Sequence record: KJ019103.1
Length of the DNA stretch: 64,000 nucleotides
Direction: 5' to 3' (one strand)
Of this stretch, positions 1 through 9,318 are shown in pieces; the stretch's first letter is position 1, and each line of letters opens with the position of its first letter. The notes beneath the pieces are model-generated. The model was not told the origin of the DNA. It worked only from the letters and a program-made list of their open reading frames with translations, and did not search any database. The position numbers and the translations under genes are program-made.

Positions 1-10
1 GAGATCGCCA

Positions 11-169
11 ATGGAAAAACAAAATCTAGCGATGGATCTATTCATCGAGTCTGTAATCAAACCAGACAGTGACCTTAGGGGTCAAGCATCAGAACAGGGT
101 TGTCTAGAAGAACTATTGCAAATCCGTGATGATGTGATAAAATATCTTTATAACGAGAGGAAAAACTAG
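11..169 (+). CDS. small hypothetical protein (52 aa, MEKQNLAMDLFIESVIKPD...)
   Basis: Hand-translated ATG11..TAG169; abuts next gene. Confidence 0.6.
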   Translation: MEKQNLAMDLFIESVIKPDSDLRGQASEQGCLEELLQIRDDVIKYLYNERKN

Positions 170-172
170 TTT

Positions 173-406
173 ATGGCGTTATCCCAATCAGTGGAGAATT
201 CCCTCAGGGAGGCAAGTTCGTCCCTGAGGAATGCTCTAGCTTTTGCTGCCAGACAGGAGAGATCACATACCTGTCAGCATATTGCTAAAGTATTAAACGA
301 TATTGATCTTATTCAGAGAACGGATGAGATGTTTGATACCCTTGATAGTATCAAGGATGGTAAGGGTGGTAGCAACCCATTTGGTAAATTTGGTTTTGAT
401 GAATAA
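173..406 (+). CDS. hypothetical protein
   Basis: ORF track; stop overlaps uvsX start. Confidence 0.7.
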   Translation: MALSQSVENSLREASSSLRNALAFAARQERSHTCQHIAKVLNDIDLIQRTDEMFDTLDSIKDGKGGSNPFGKFGFDE

Positions 407-1413
407 TGGATTTCTTAAAGGATATTGTAAATGAAATTGGTGGCGACTTCACTCAGATTGCCTCAGAGATTGAAGAAAACGAAACATACGTGGACACTGG
501 TTCGTTCATCTTTAATGCTCTTGTATCTGGGTCTATCTATGGTGGTGTATCTGGTAACAAGATTACTGCAATTGCTGGGGAAAGTTCTACTGGAAAGACT
601 TTCTTCTCACTCGCCGTGGTCAAGAACTTCTTGGATACTAATCCCGATGCATATTGCCTTTATTTTGATACTGAAGCTGCAATCAATAGAAACCTTCTTG
701 AGTCACGAGGTATTGACCTTAAGCGGTTGGTTGTCGTCAATGTCGTTACAGTAGAAGAGTTTAGGATGAAGGCACTTAAGTGTGTCGATATCTACCAGAA
801 GAAACCAGAAGACGAACGCAAACCTTGTATGTTTGTCCTAGATTCTCTGGGTATGTTGTCTACAGAGAAAGAGATCAATGATGCTCTGAATGACAAGAAC
901 GTTCGTGATATGACTAAATCACAACTCATCAAGGGGGCGTTCAGGATGTTGACCTTGAAACTAGGTCAGGCTAAGATACCAATGATTGTTACTAACCATA
1001 CCTATGATGTGATTGGTGCCTATGTTCCTACTAAGGAAATGGGTGGTGGTTCAGGTCTTAAGTATGCCGCCTCTACTATTATTCACCTCACTAAGAAGAA
1101 AGAGAAAGACGGTAAGGATGTTATTGGTAACATTATCAAGTGTAAGACTGCTAAGTCCAGACTCTCCAAAGAGAATACAGACGTAGGTGTTAGACTATTC
1201 TATGATGAACGGGGTTTGGATAAGTACTATGGTCTCCTAGAACTTGGTGAGCTTGGTGGTATGTGGAAGAATGTAGCTGGTCGTTATGACTTGGGTGATG
1301 GTAAGAAGATCTACGCTAAAGAGATACTAAAGGATCCAGAGAAGTACTTCACCGAAGAAGTTATGGAGAAACTGGATGTTGTTGCTAGGGGAACATTCTC
1401 ATATGGGTCATAA
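406..1413 (+). CDS. uvsX: UvsX RecA-like recombinase
   Basis: Walker A GESSTGKT, YFDTE, VLDSLG, MGGGSGLKY; upstream of gp41 as in T4-like phages. Confidence 0.96.
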   Translation: MDFLKDIVNEIGGDFTQIASEIEENETYVDTGSFIFNALVSGSIYGGVSGNKITAIAGESSTGKTFFSLAVVKNFLDTNPDAYCLYFDTEAAINRNLLESRGIDLKRLVVVNVVTVEEFRMKALKCVDIYQKKPEDERKPCMFVLDSLGMLSTEKEINDALNDKNVRDMTKSQLIKGAFRMLTLKLGQAKIPMIVTNHTYDVIGAYVPTKEMGGGSGLKYAASTIIHLTKKKEKDGKDVIGNIIKCKTAKSRLSKENTDVGVRLFYDERGLDKYYGLLELGELGGMWKNVAGRYDLGDGKKIYAKEILKDPEKYFTEEVMEKLDVVARGTFSYGS

Positions 1414-1418
1414 ACAAT

Positions 1419-1949
1419 ATGAGTGAGTATATCAAACACTATAGGGGAGTTCTAACAGATACATCTTGTGATGTTCTGATAGATGCTCTTCTGAGTGTAG
1501 ATAGAAAGCATATAAAGGAACACCGAACAGATCGTAAAACATTTGATCAGGTGTTTCTTAATGCTGCAAATATGGACCTGATTCCAGGTATTACTAAAAT
1601 AGTTGGTAATGTAATCAAACAATACAAGATGGATGTTCCATACTTCACACAGTTCTTTCCCAAGGGACTGGAGATTGAAACACCAAAGGTCAAAGGTTAC
1701 AGTCCTGGGGGACAATTCAAACCACATTGTGATGTAGATGCTACTTCCTGTCCAAGGTATCTTGCCTTTCTATTTTATCTTAATGATAATTTTACAGGTG
1801 GACAAACAGAGTTCTTACCTGGTATAATGGTGGAACCTGTGAAAGGTTCAGTGGTGGTATTTCCACCCAACTGGCAACACCCTCATTGTGGATTACCAGT
1901 GGAGACTGGTAACAAATATATTATGTCAACTTATCTAAGATACGTTTAA
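1419..1949 (+). CDS. 2OG-Fe(II) oxygenase
   Basis: HCD...FLFYLND...GG.TEF...HCG...KY motif set. Confidence 0.9.
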   Translation: MSEYIKHYRGVLTDTSCDVLIDALLSVDRKHIKEHRTDRKTFDQVFLNAANMDLIPGITKIVGNVIKQYKMDVPYFTQFFPKGLEIETPKVKGYSPGGQFKPHCDVDATSCPRYLAFLFYLNDNFTGGQTEFLPGIMVEPVKGSVVVFPPNWQHPHCGLPVETGNKYIMSTYLRYV

Positions 1950-3316
1950 TGGATCGAATTGAGAATTTAATACTAAGATCACTCTCACACAGTGAAGGGT
2001 TTTCTAGGAAGGTTATCCCCTTCATCAAACCAGATTATTTCCATGATAATGCTGAGAAAGTTCTCTTCGAAGAAATTGCACAATACATTGTCAAGTACAA
2101 CTCCAATGTTACTGTACAGGCTCTAAGTATTGAAGTAGAACAGAGAACCGATTTATCTGATAGTGATGTCAAAACTATCAGAACCATCCTAGATGACTTT
2201 GATGCAGTCACAGGAACTGATGAGTGGATGATTGATTCCACTGAGAAGTGGTGTAAGAAACAAGCAATCTACAACGCTCTTATGGAGTCTGTGAGTATTG
2301 CCAATGGAGATAGTCAGACTAAGGCTGAAGACGCTATCCCCAGTATCCTCTCAGAGGCTCTGGGTGTATCCTTTGATAGTAATGTAGGTCACGACTACAT
2401 TGAGAACGCAGAGGATAGGTGGGAGTACTATCACCAGAAGGAAGATAAGATTCCCTTCGATATTGATCTACTCAATGCTATTACTAAAGGTGGATTACCT
2501 AACAAGACACTGAATATCGCACTCGCTGGTACTGGTGTTGGTAAGTCACTCTTTATGTGTCACGTAGCAGCCTCTAGTTTAATGCAGGGTAAGAATGTTC
2601 TATACATCACTGCTGAGATGGCAGAAGAGAAGATCGCGGAACGTATTGACTCCAACCTACTCAACGTTAATATCAAGGATCTATCTGAACTACCCAAACA
2701 GATGTTTGAGAAGAAGATAGATGCGGTATCTAAGAAGACACAAGGTTCCTTGGTTATCAAGGAGTATCCTACAGCTTCTGCACACTCAGGACACTTCAAG
2801 TCTCTACTTAACGAACTAAAACTCAAGAAGAACTTCACACCAGATATTATCTTTATTGATTATCTCAATATCTGTGCTTCCTCTCGTATCAGAGCTGGTG
2901 CTAACGCTAACTCCTACACACTAGTGAAGAGTATCGCAGAAGAGATTCGTGGTCTAGCGGTAGAGTTCAACGTTCCTATCGTGAGTGCTACCCAGACGAC
3001 CCGTAGTGGGTATGGAAACAGTGACGTGGGTATCACAGATACCTCTGAGTCTTTCGGTCTTCCTGCAACCGCTGACCTTATGATCGCTCTTATCTCCACA
3101 GAGGAGCTAGAAGGTCTAGGTCAAATTATGGTTAAACAACTCAAGAACAGATACAATGATCCCACCATCCACAAGCGTTTTGTTGTCGGTATTGACAGAG
3201 CTAAGATGCGGTTGTATGACTGTGAGCAGGCGGCTCAGGATGATATTCTGGATAGTGGTGACGACTCTGAGGAAAAGACTTCCCTCAAGGATAAGTTGGC
3301 AAAACTGAGTTTCTAG
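1949..3316 (+). CDS. 41: replicative DNA helicase gp41
   Basis: LAGTGVGKS, IFIDYLNIC, SATQTTRSG, SESFGLP, KQLKNRY. Confidence 0.96.
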   Translation: MDRIENLILRSLSHSEGFSRKVIPFIKPDYFHDNAEKVLFEEIAQYIVKYNSNVTVQALSIEVEQRTDLSDSDVKTIRTILDDFDAVTGTDEWMIDSTEKWCKKQAIYNALMESVSIANGDSQTKAEDAIPSILSEALGVSFDSNVGHDYIENAEDRWEYYHQKEDKIPFDIDLLNAITKGGLPNKTLNIALAGTGVGKSLFMCHVAASSLMQGKNVLYITAEMAEEKIAERIDSNLLNVNIKDLSELPKQMFEKKIDAVSKKTQGSLVIKEYPTASAHSGHFKSLLNELKLKKNFTPDIIFIDYLNICASSRIRAGANANSYTLVKSIAEEIRGLAVEFNVPIVSATQTTRSGYGNSDVGITDTSESFGLPATADLMIALISTEELEGLGQIMVKQLKNRYNDPTIHKRFVVGIDRAKMRLYDCEQAAQDDILDSGDDSEEKTSLKDKLAKLSF

Positions 3317-3324
3317 TGTATAAT
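3296..3324 (+). promoter_or_regulatory. sigma70-type early promoter
   Basis: TTGGCA-N17-TATAAT. Confidence 0.7.
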
Positions 3325-3374
3325 GGTTATGTTGGGAAGAAACCCCAACCTCCTTTGTGATGTGGTGTTTGTTG

Positions 3375-3402
3375 GGGAAGGGGTGGTTCCCTTCCCTTTT
3401 TT
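3375..3402 (+). terminator. intrinsic terminator in mazG leader
   Basis: GGGAAGGG/CCCTTCCC stem then T6. Confidence 0.75.
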
Positions 3403-3426
3403 ATTGTTTATTGGTATTCAATTATT

Positions 3427-3831
3427 ATGAGCGTAGATTTTTCTAAGTACGGTGAGTTTGTAGACACAGTAACTAGTGCCCCCTCCAAGGGAACTGGTGA
3501 GATGATCGCAGTACTCAAGGACCTTAAGGTTCGTGGAGCACAACCTGAGAGACTACTCACTGGTGCAGTTGGTATCTGTGCTGAGGGTGGTGAGTTTATG
3601 GAAGTCGTCAAGAAGATGGTATTCCAAGGCAAACCTTATGACCACGATAACATCTGGCATATGAAGCGTGAGTTGGGTGATATTATGTTCTATGTACAAA
3701 CAGCGTGTATCGCTCTAGGTACCTCTGTTGATGAGATTGTAGAGATGAATGTGGAGAAACTAGAAGCACGATATCCAGGTGGTCAATTTAGTGTAGAGAA
3801 TAGTGAGAACCGAGTAGAGGGTGACTTATGA
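3427..3831 (+). CDS. mazG: MazG nucleotide pyrophosphohydrolase
   Basis: EGGEFMEVVKK...RELGDIMFY...NVEKLEARYP. Confidence 0.93.
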   Translation: MSVDFSKYGEFVDTVTSAPSKGTGEMIAVLKDLKVRGAQPERLLTGAVGICAEGGEFMEVVKKMVFQGKPYDHDNIWHMKRELGDIMFYVQTACIALGTSVDEIVEMNVEKLEARYPGGQFSVENSENRVEGDL

Positions 3832-3950
3832 TTGCATCTGATACACATAATGAACCCACTGAGTTAATCAGACAAATCAATGATTCAGTGGAACGTGCTA
3901 GAATGAAGGAACAAGACGATCAACTAAACTACGACACAGGAGGTAAATGA
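3828..3950 (+). CDS. small hypothetical protein (40 aa)
   Basis: Hand-translated; overlaps both neighbours by 4 nt. Confidence 0.5.
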   Translation: MIASDTHNEPTELIRQINDSVERARMKEQDDQLNYDTGGK

Positions 3951-4255
3951 TGGACAAACCAATTACAGTTGAGGAATACCAAGAGGCTGGTAAAGAGTTC
4001 TGGCCAAAGTATTGGTATGTTGCTAAAGAACTTGGTGAAAACGCTAAGACTGAAGATGTCCTACATGTTATGGAGTCTCTTGCTGGTGTTGTTATGGTCA
4101 ACAGAAGCAATGAAAAGAAAGAATACTCTGGTATGATTGGGTTCAATAAGTCCCTAGAAGACAACCCATTGGCTTCTGCTACATACCACGGACAACCAGT
4201 TACAGAGTGTCCCCCAGGGACTATCTACTGTAACGGTGAATGTTGTGACCTATGA
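3947..4255 (+). CDS. hypothetical protein
   Basis: ORF track, coupled start. Confidence 0.7.
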   Translation: MMDKPITVEEYQEAGKEFWPKYWYVAKELGENAKTEDVLHVMESLAGVVMVNRSNEKKEYSGMIGFNKSLEDNPLASATYHGQPVTECPPGTIYCNGECCDL

Positions 4256-4263
4256 GGTAAATT

Positions 4264-4398
4264 ATGGCTAAAAGAACCTATACTACAAAGTCTGGAGATG
4301 TGTTTGAGTGGGAAGAGACCCCCGAAACTACTGCAGCACTCAAAGCTCTCCACAGACAAGTGGCAGAGACAAAACAGAAGCTTGACAGCACCAAGTGA
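4264..4398 (+). CDS. small hypothetical protein (44 aa, MAKRTYTTKSGDVFEWEET...)
   Basis: Hand-translated; GAGGT SD upstream. Confidence 0.55.
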   Translation: MAKRTYTTKSGDVFEWEETPETTAALKALHRQVAETKQKLDSTK

Positions 4399-4410
4399 GT
4401 CTGTTATAAT
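4382..4410 (+). promoter_or_regulatory. consensus sigma70 early promoter driving tRNA/ncRNA unit
   Basis: TTGACA-N17-TATAAT. Confidence 0.88.
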
Positions 4411-4490
4411 ATGAGAGTTGGGAAGGAAACCCCCCAACTGCGGTGACCCCCTTGGTAGTTCAGGGTTAGCGGCGATAGGAACTACCACAA

Positions 4491-4564
4491 GGGTTAATAG
4501 CTCAGCTGGACAGAGCAATACTCTTCTAAAGTATCGGTCGTTGGTTCGAATCCAACTTAACCCG
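4491..4564 (+). tRNA. tRNA-Arg(UCU)
   Basis: Acceptor GGGTTAA/TTAACCC, anticodon arm ATACT-CTTCTAA-AGTAT, GGTTCGAATCC T-arm; no encoded CCA. Confidence 0.95.
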
Positions 4565-4582
4565 TTGGGGTCTAATTAACCC

Positions 4583-4775
4583 CATAGGATGTGACAGAAT
4601 GAACCGTTTGGTTAATACCGGTCATTGTATAGTAGGGAAGGCTGTGGTGGCCGCCAGAAAGACTAGGAGACTAGAGTTCTGAGAACCCATACCAGGGTCC
4701 CGAAAGTTCAGAGGTATTACTATTCTTAGTATGACCCCTCTGTTGGAGGTAAAAAGATAATCCTCCCATCCACCC
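4583..4775 (+). ncRNA. structured RNA between tRNAs, probably manA motif; boundaries approximate
   Basis: About 200 nt non-coding gap with local hairpins; position beside tRNAs and length fit the manA motif described in cyanophages; no CM search run. Confidence 0.5.
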
Positions 4776-4777
4776 AA

Positions 4778-4849
4778 TCCACAATAGCTCAGCGGTAGAG
4801 TCGGCGACTGTTAATCGCCTTGTCCCTGGTTCGAATCCAGGTTGTGGAG
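4778..4849 (+). tRNA. tRNA-Asn(GUU)
   Basis: Acceptor TCCACAA/TTGTGGA, anticodon arm GGCGA-CTGTTAA-TCGCC, GGTTCGAATCC. Confidence 0.95.
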
Positions 4850-4867
4850 TTCTTTATTATCTTTGAT

Positions 4868-5584
4868 ATGGATGTATCCAATCCTGATAACTGGTATATT
4901 GGTAGATTTTGTGAATCTAACTTCCTAGATCAAACAGCACTCTCCTCAGTGAGGTCATGGATTGATACTCAATCATGGGTAGATGGAGTTTTAACTTTGG
5001 ACTACTCTAAAGATAAGGATCCATATCAACTGAAAAGAAATCAGGCAACGAGAAATATAATCCCACCCAGACTATTTTGGCCACATGTTGATAAGAACGA
5101 AAAGTTCGCTCGGTTCACCTGTCCCCGATCAAGCACCGATCCAAACTGCACAAAAACATCTAAGGGTGAATACTACAAACCACACTTTGATGATGTAGTT
5201 AATGGGCACTTCTCAACTACGATCTTTATCAGTGATCCTGATGAATATGATGGTGGTGAGTTAGTTCTGTATATTGACGGGAAGGAAGTATTCTTCAAAC
5301 CAAAAGCAGGTGAAGGTGTAACTTATGAGACTGGTATTGGTCATAGAGTCAATACAGTCACAAGGGGTGAGAGATTGGCATTTGTATTCTGGACAGATTG
5401 TCGATGGGATGATATTGATGATTATCGTGATTGGCGTTATTATAACTATATGAAAGACTACCTAATGACAACTCCTTATGTTGATACCTTATATGAGTTT
5501 TGTAACGAACCCCATACTATATTCAAAGGGAAATCATATGATATTATGAGAAAGGTTATGAGGAAAGTTATTCCTAATGGTTGA
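4868..5584 (+). CDS. 2OG-Fe(II) oxygenase (PKHD-hydroxylase-like)
   Basis: YYKPHFD...STTIFISDPDEYDGGEL...HRVNTVTRGER; start moved to ATG4868 because listed start lies in tRNA-Asn. Confidence 0.88.
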   Translation: MDVSNPDNWYIGRFCESNFLDQTALSSVRSWIDTQSWVDGVLTLDYSKDKDPYQLKRNQATRNIIPPRLFWPHVDKNEKFARFTCPRSSTDPNCTKTSKGEYYKPHFDDVVNGHFSTTIFISDPDEYDGGELVLYIDGKEVFFKPKAGEGVTYETGIGHRVNTVTRGERLAFVFWTDCRWDDIDDYRDWRYYNYMKDYLMTTPYVDTLYEFCNEPHTIFKGKSYDIMRKVMRKVIPNG

Positions 5585-6110
5585 ATCATTTTACGGAGAA
5601 ATACTCAACTCGGATGCTACTGGGCATCTGTATTCGTATGCCCAAAGTATTCAAGACTGGCAAACCATAAACCAAGACTACATGGGTAAGAAATACCAGT
5701 CTGTTATGGCTCATAAAGTCCCTAGGGGAAATGAGATTGAGAAGTATGTTGTCAGAACTTTTCTCACATTCAATAAGTTATATTTCAACTACGATTTAGT
5801 AGGAACATTTGAAACACAGATTCTGAAATACAATGTGCATGATGGGTATGATTGGCACTGTGACTATGGTGTGAGTGAGAATCCCAATGCAGTTAGGAAA
5901 CTGAGTATGATTATTCAACTCAGTGATATGTGGGACTACAACGGTGCAAATGTATTCCTAAGGGACTGGCACAACCGAGAACACATCCTAAGTAAGGAGT
6001 CTGGGTATGTTACCGTATTTGACTCTAGGTCCCCTCACAGGGTCTCTCCCCTAGCTATCGGAGAACGATACTCACTGGTAGCCTGGGCTCACGGTCCAGA
6101 GTGGAGATAA
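5577..6110 (+). CDS. 2OG-Fe(II) oxygenase
   Basis: YDWHCD...RKLSMIIQLSD...HRVSP...RYSLVAW. Confidence 0.9.
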   Translation: MVESFYGEILNSDATGHLYSYAQSIQDWQTINQDYMGKKYQSVMAHKVPRGNEIEKYVVRTFLTFNKLYFNYDLVGTFETQILKYNVHDGYDWHCDYGVSENPNAVRKLSMIIQLSDMWDYNGANVFLRDWHNREHILSKESGYVTVFDSRSPHRVSPLAIGERYSLVAWAHGPEWR

Positions 6111-6135
6111 ATAAAATACAAAGAAATGGAAACAT

Positions 6136-6450
6136 ATGCTTTCTACACAATATCGTCTTCGCCTTGAGGCTATCTGCCGAAAGATTGCGAATAGTGAATC
6201 TGTGGATTTGAGTGACATGATCTGGGCAGACAAATTGGCAAAGAGCCATACTACTGCTAGAGACTGGTTACAGCAGGCAAGAAGACAATCAGCCCATCAA
6301 ATTGAAGAAGGTACCATAGATGATTTTATGAATAGGATGGGTTTAGGTGATCCCGATCCGTCCAATCATAAGAAGGGATTTGATAGTGCCGATGATATTA
6401 AGGACTGGTTTCAACAGGATAAGCCCAAAGACTGGAGACAAAGAGACTAA
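6136..6450 (+). CDS. hypothetical protein (cyanophage-type, MLSTQYRLRLEAIC...)
   Basis: ORF track. Confidence 0.75.
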   Translation: MLSTQYRLRLEAICRKIANSESVDLSDMIWADKLAKSHTTARDWLQQARRQSAHQIEEGTIDDFMNRMGLGDPDPSNHKKGFDSADDIKDWFQQDKPKDWRQRD

Positions 6451-6452
6451 CT

Positions 6453-6632
6453 ATGGCTAATAAAAACGACAAAGGCAATCACCCAAGAGAAGAGGGTTGG
6501 TTCACCGAAAAGTTGAAGAGAAGACTCAGGAATGATCTCATACATCCTGAACATCTAGTTCCCATTCTTATTGAAGAGAATGAGGCACTTAGAGCAGAGA
6601 TTGCAACACTAAAAGCAATGTATAAATGGTAA
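6453..6632 (+). CDS. small hypothetical protein
   Basis: Hand-translated; fills gap exactly. Confidence 0.5.
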   Translation: MANKNDKGNHPREEGWFTEKLKRRLRNDLIHPEHLVPILIEENEALRAEIATLKAMYKW

Positions 6633-6633
6633 A

Positions 6634-7935
6634 ATGGCAGCATTAAGTTCCACTTCCCCAGGACAACTAGGTAAGTATGTCATCCCCACAGTCCAGAAAC
6701 TAAATGATGCGATGAAACGCAGAACTAGTCTTGGTAGGGGGAGTGGTAAGTCTTATACCATTAAGAATACCCCTGCGAATGTGGCAGCTATCAAGGAGTT
6801 CTCTCGTATTGGTAGCTCTCCCAAGTCACAGAAAGAAGCACTTGCTATTAGTCTGCAGACCACTGATACTAAAGTTCCTACTATTACTATCGGTAGTATT
6901 GATAAACCTAATATCAAATACAACCTTGGGGATATGTCTGAGGCTGTAGTTGGTGCTGCTATTGCCGCCAGGTTTATCTACAAGAATAGAAGTATTACGG
7001 CTTCAAATGTTTATGGTGTCCTATATGGAATGCCACCATCATCTAACTACCCAGGGAAGAAGGGAAAATATACAGAGAAGACATTCCAGTCAATCAATGA
7101 AAATAAGAAGGTCACAGATCAGGTTAAGGTGTATATCTCCCTAGCTGAGGTTAATATGGCTGCTGTGATGGATAGATCCAATAAGGATCTTATTCTTCCT
7201 TATGTTCGTTCTGCAGTTAGATATGCTAATAGTACCACTGTCAAGAAGTGGTCCAAACTACTTTATGAGAACAATAGATCAGATAAGATTGATGTAATGT
7301 CCGATGGTCTTGGAGGACAAACCACAACTAAAGTGGATGTATATGTAAAAGTTAATGATGAGAAAGTAAATATTAATGTGTCACTGAAGGCTGGTGATGT
7401 CAAACAGTTTGGTCAGGTCTCTGGTATTGAGTTTGAGAAACAAACTAAACTATGGGAAACCTCCTTTGGTTTTGGTAGTGAGATTAAGAGTCTAGAGTCA
7501 AAGTATAACCAGTTGATCTCAGATAAATCAACAGTCCCACAGGCTGTAACTATGGTATATCAGGAGGTGGCTAACCTTTTCAATCAAGGTATTAGGAGGG
7601 GTGACGCTGGTATGATAAGGAAATTTGCCAACTCCATTAAGTATTTCGCTACACTAAATGAAGATAATGTAACCCTACTACAGGTGGGTAATGACGCAGC
7701 AAAGCTCTATTCGTTTGATGATATATACCAAGGAATAGAAAACATGCAACTGAACGCTACCATTACTATGGGTAAGAGTGGTCTCCCAACCTTACTAATA
7801 AACGAGACTGCTAGTGGGCAACCTCTTATTCAGTATCGAGTGAAGCAGGAGTTCAAACCCGATGGGTCTCCATACATCAGAAACTATGTGGAGAAGCAGA
7901 CTGTTCTAGGAAAACTTATTGGTGAAAACCTCTAG
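6634..7935 (+). CDS. putative PD-(D/E)xK nuclease-fold protein
   Basis: GDMSE...KVDVYV...VSLKAG fits the restriction-nuclease E...D...xLK pattern; directly upstream of a Dam-like MTase. Confidence 0.5.
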   Translation: MAALSSTSPGQLGKYVIPTVQKLNDAMKRRTSLGRGSGKSYTIKNTPANVAAIKEFSRIGSSPKSQKEALAISLQTTDTKVPTITIGSIDKPNIKYNLGDMSEAVVGAAIAARFIYKNRSITASNVYGVLYGMPPSSNYPGKKGKYTEKTFQSINENKKVTDQVKVYISLAEVNMAAVMDRSNKDLILPYVRSAVRYANSTTVKKWSKLLYENNRSDKIDVMSDGLGGQTTTKVDVYVKVNDEKVNINVSLKAGDVKQFGQVSGIEFEKQTKLWETSFGFGSEIKSLESKYNQLISDKSTVPQAVTMVYQEVANLFNQGIRRGDAGMIRKFANSIKYFATLNEDNVTLLQVGNDAAKLYSFDDIYQGIENMQLNATITMGKSGLPTLLINETASGQPLIQYRVKQEFKPDGSPYIRNYVEKQTVLGKLIGENL

Positions 7936-7938
7936 GTG

Positions 7939-7947
7939 TGTTATAAT
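7939..7947 (+). promoter_or_regulatory. extended -10 early promoter of MTase
   Basis: TGtTATAAT just upstream of ATG7971. Confidence 0.65.
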
Positions 7948-7970
7948 ACCATTGTAGAGATTTCTATTTT

Positions 7971-8870
7971 ATGAAGGAACGCAGAAAGTATCCAACCGTA
8001 TTGAGGTATCCAGGCGGTAAGTCTAGGATTATCTACTATTTGTTTAGGGAAAATATGATCCCTAAGAATGTCAAGGAATACCGTGAGGGTTTCCTAGGTG
8101 GGGGTTCTTGTGCTCTTGCGTTTTCTGTGATGTATCCAAACACCCCAGTTTGGGTCAATGATCTTTACTACAATCTGTATATCTTCTGGACACAACTCCA
8201 GAAGAATCCAGATCCACTTATCAATCGTCTCCTAGAACTAAAGGACGAAGCCTGTGATGCATCAGGTACAGAAGAACTAGAGAAAAAGCATAGAAAACTC
8301 TACACAGATATGCGTGATCTCATTAACACCTCTAGTGATCACCTTGATATTGCAACCTCCTTCTACATTCTAAACCGATCTAGTTTCGGTGGATTCACTG
8401 AACAAAACAAGAATGCCTTCATCCGAGACTCATACAAGAATACTATTTTCTCTCAGAGTAAAATCCGTAAGTTGGCTAATATCTCTGAGATTATCCAACC
8501 CTGGAGAATTACCAATACACACTACAAGGAACTAATGAGAGCTCCTGGTGATGATGTATTTGTGTTCCTAGACCCTCCATATCTAATCAAGGATATGTTG
8601 TATGGTAAGGACAAGGAGATGCACACTGGGTTCTCTCATGAAGAGTTTGTGAGTGAGTGTAAAGGTTCTACACATGACTGGATGATTACCTACAATGAAC
8701 ATGAATGGTTGAGATCCCAGTTCGCTGACTATCATATGGAGTCTTTCGAGTTCCGTTATAGTCTCGCCCACAGGGAAGAGAATGGCAACAAGAAAGAAGA
8801 ACTCCTCATAATGAACTATGAGATTCCTCGTGATATCCCAAACCCACTAGAGGTAGTTTTGTATGGATGA
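7971..8870 (+). CDS. Dam-like (D12, alpha class) DNA adenine methyltransferase
   Basis: RYPGGKS, EGFLGGGS, FLDPPY. Confidence 0.93.
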   Translation: MKERRKYPTVLRYPGGKSRIIYYLFRENMIPKNVKEYREGFLGGGSCALAFSVMYPNTPVWVNDLYYNLYIFWTQLQKNPDPLINRLLELKDEACDASGTEELEKKHRKLYTDMRDLINTSSDHLDIATSFYILNRSSFGGFTEQNKNAFIRDSYKNTIFSQSKIRKLANISEIIQPWRITNTHYKELMRAPGDDVFVFLDPPYLIKDMLYGKDKEMHTGFSHEEFVSECKGSTHDWMITYNEHEWLRSQFADYHMESFEFRYSLAHREENGNKKEELLIMNYEIPRDIPNPLEVVLYG

Positions 8871-9318
8871 TCTAGAGCTAGAGTATCATCTTTATCTGGA
8901 TGGAAACCCTATTCAGACACTGAAGGATGACGCTAGTACAATGACTTTAGCCAAGAAGAGGGTTATTGGTCCTTACATTCGTAGAGCTGAATCTTTTATT
9001 AAAATATCAGAACCATTTAGGGAACTACTTCGTCTTGATGATGGTAAGGATAAACTTCTAGATGCAATAGGTGTTGTCTGGGCACACTACTTTGAACATA
9101 AGATTAACAAGAAGTATATGGTTATCCCTAAGGATGCATCTCTTGATTTTATGGAATACTTTGGTACTATGGTACAGAAGGATAAGTTTCCAGATGATAA
9201 ATATATTAAGAAAGCTCAGCGTATCATTCTCTCTCACGAAAAGAGTATTGATGCTTTCATTAAGGCTTTTCATAGTATCCGTTTAGCCAACGACAAATAT
9301 CTCTCCCTGAAGAAATGA
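8863..9318 (+). CDS. hypothetical protein
   Basis: ORF track; overlaps both neighbours. Confidence 0.75.
   Translation: MDDLELEYHLYLDGNPIQTLKDDASTMTLAKKRVIGPYIRRAESFIKISEPFRELLRLDDGKDKLLDAIGVVWAHYFEHKINKKYMVIPKDASLDFMEYFGTMVQKDKFPDDKYIKKAQRIILSHEKSIDAFIKAFHSIRLANDKYLSLKK

Noticed and set aside
4820-4867. Listed N-terminal extension of the oxygenase ORF
   Set aside because: Overlaps tRNA-Asn; ATG4868 is the plausible start.
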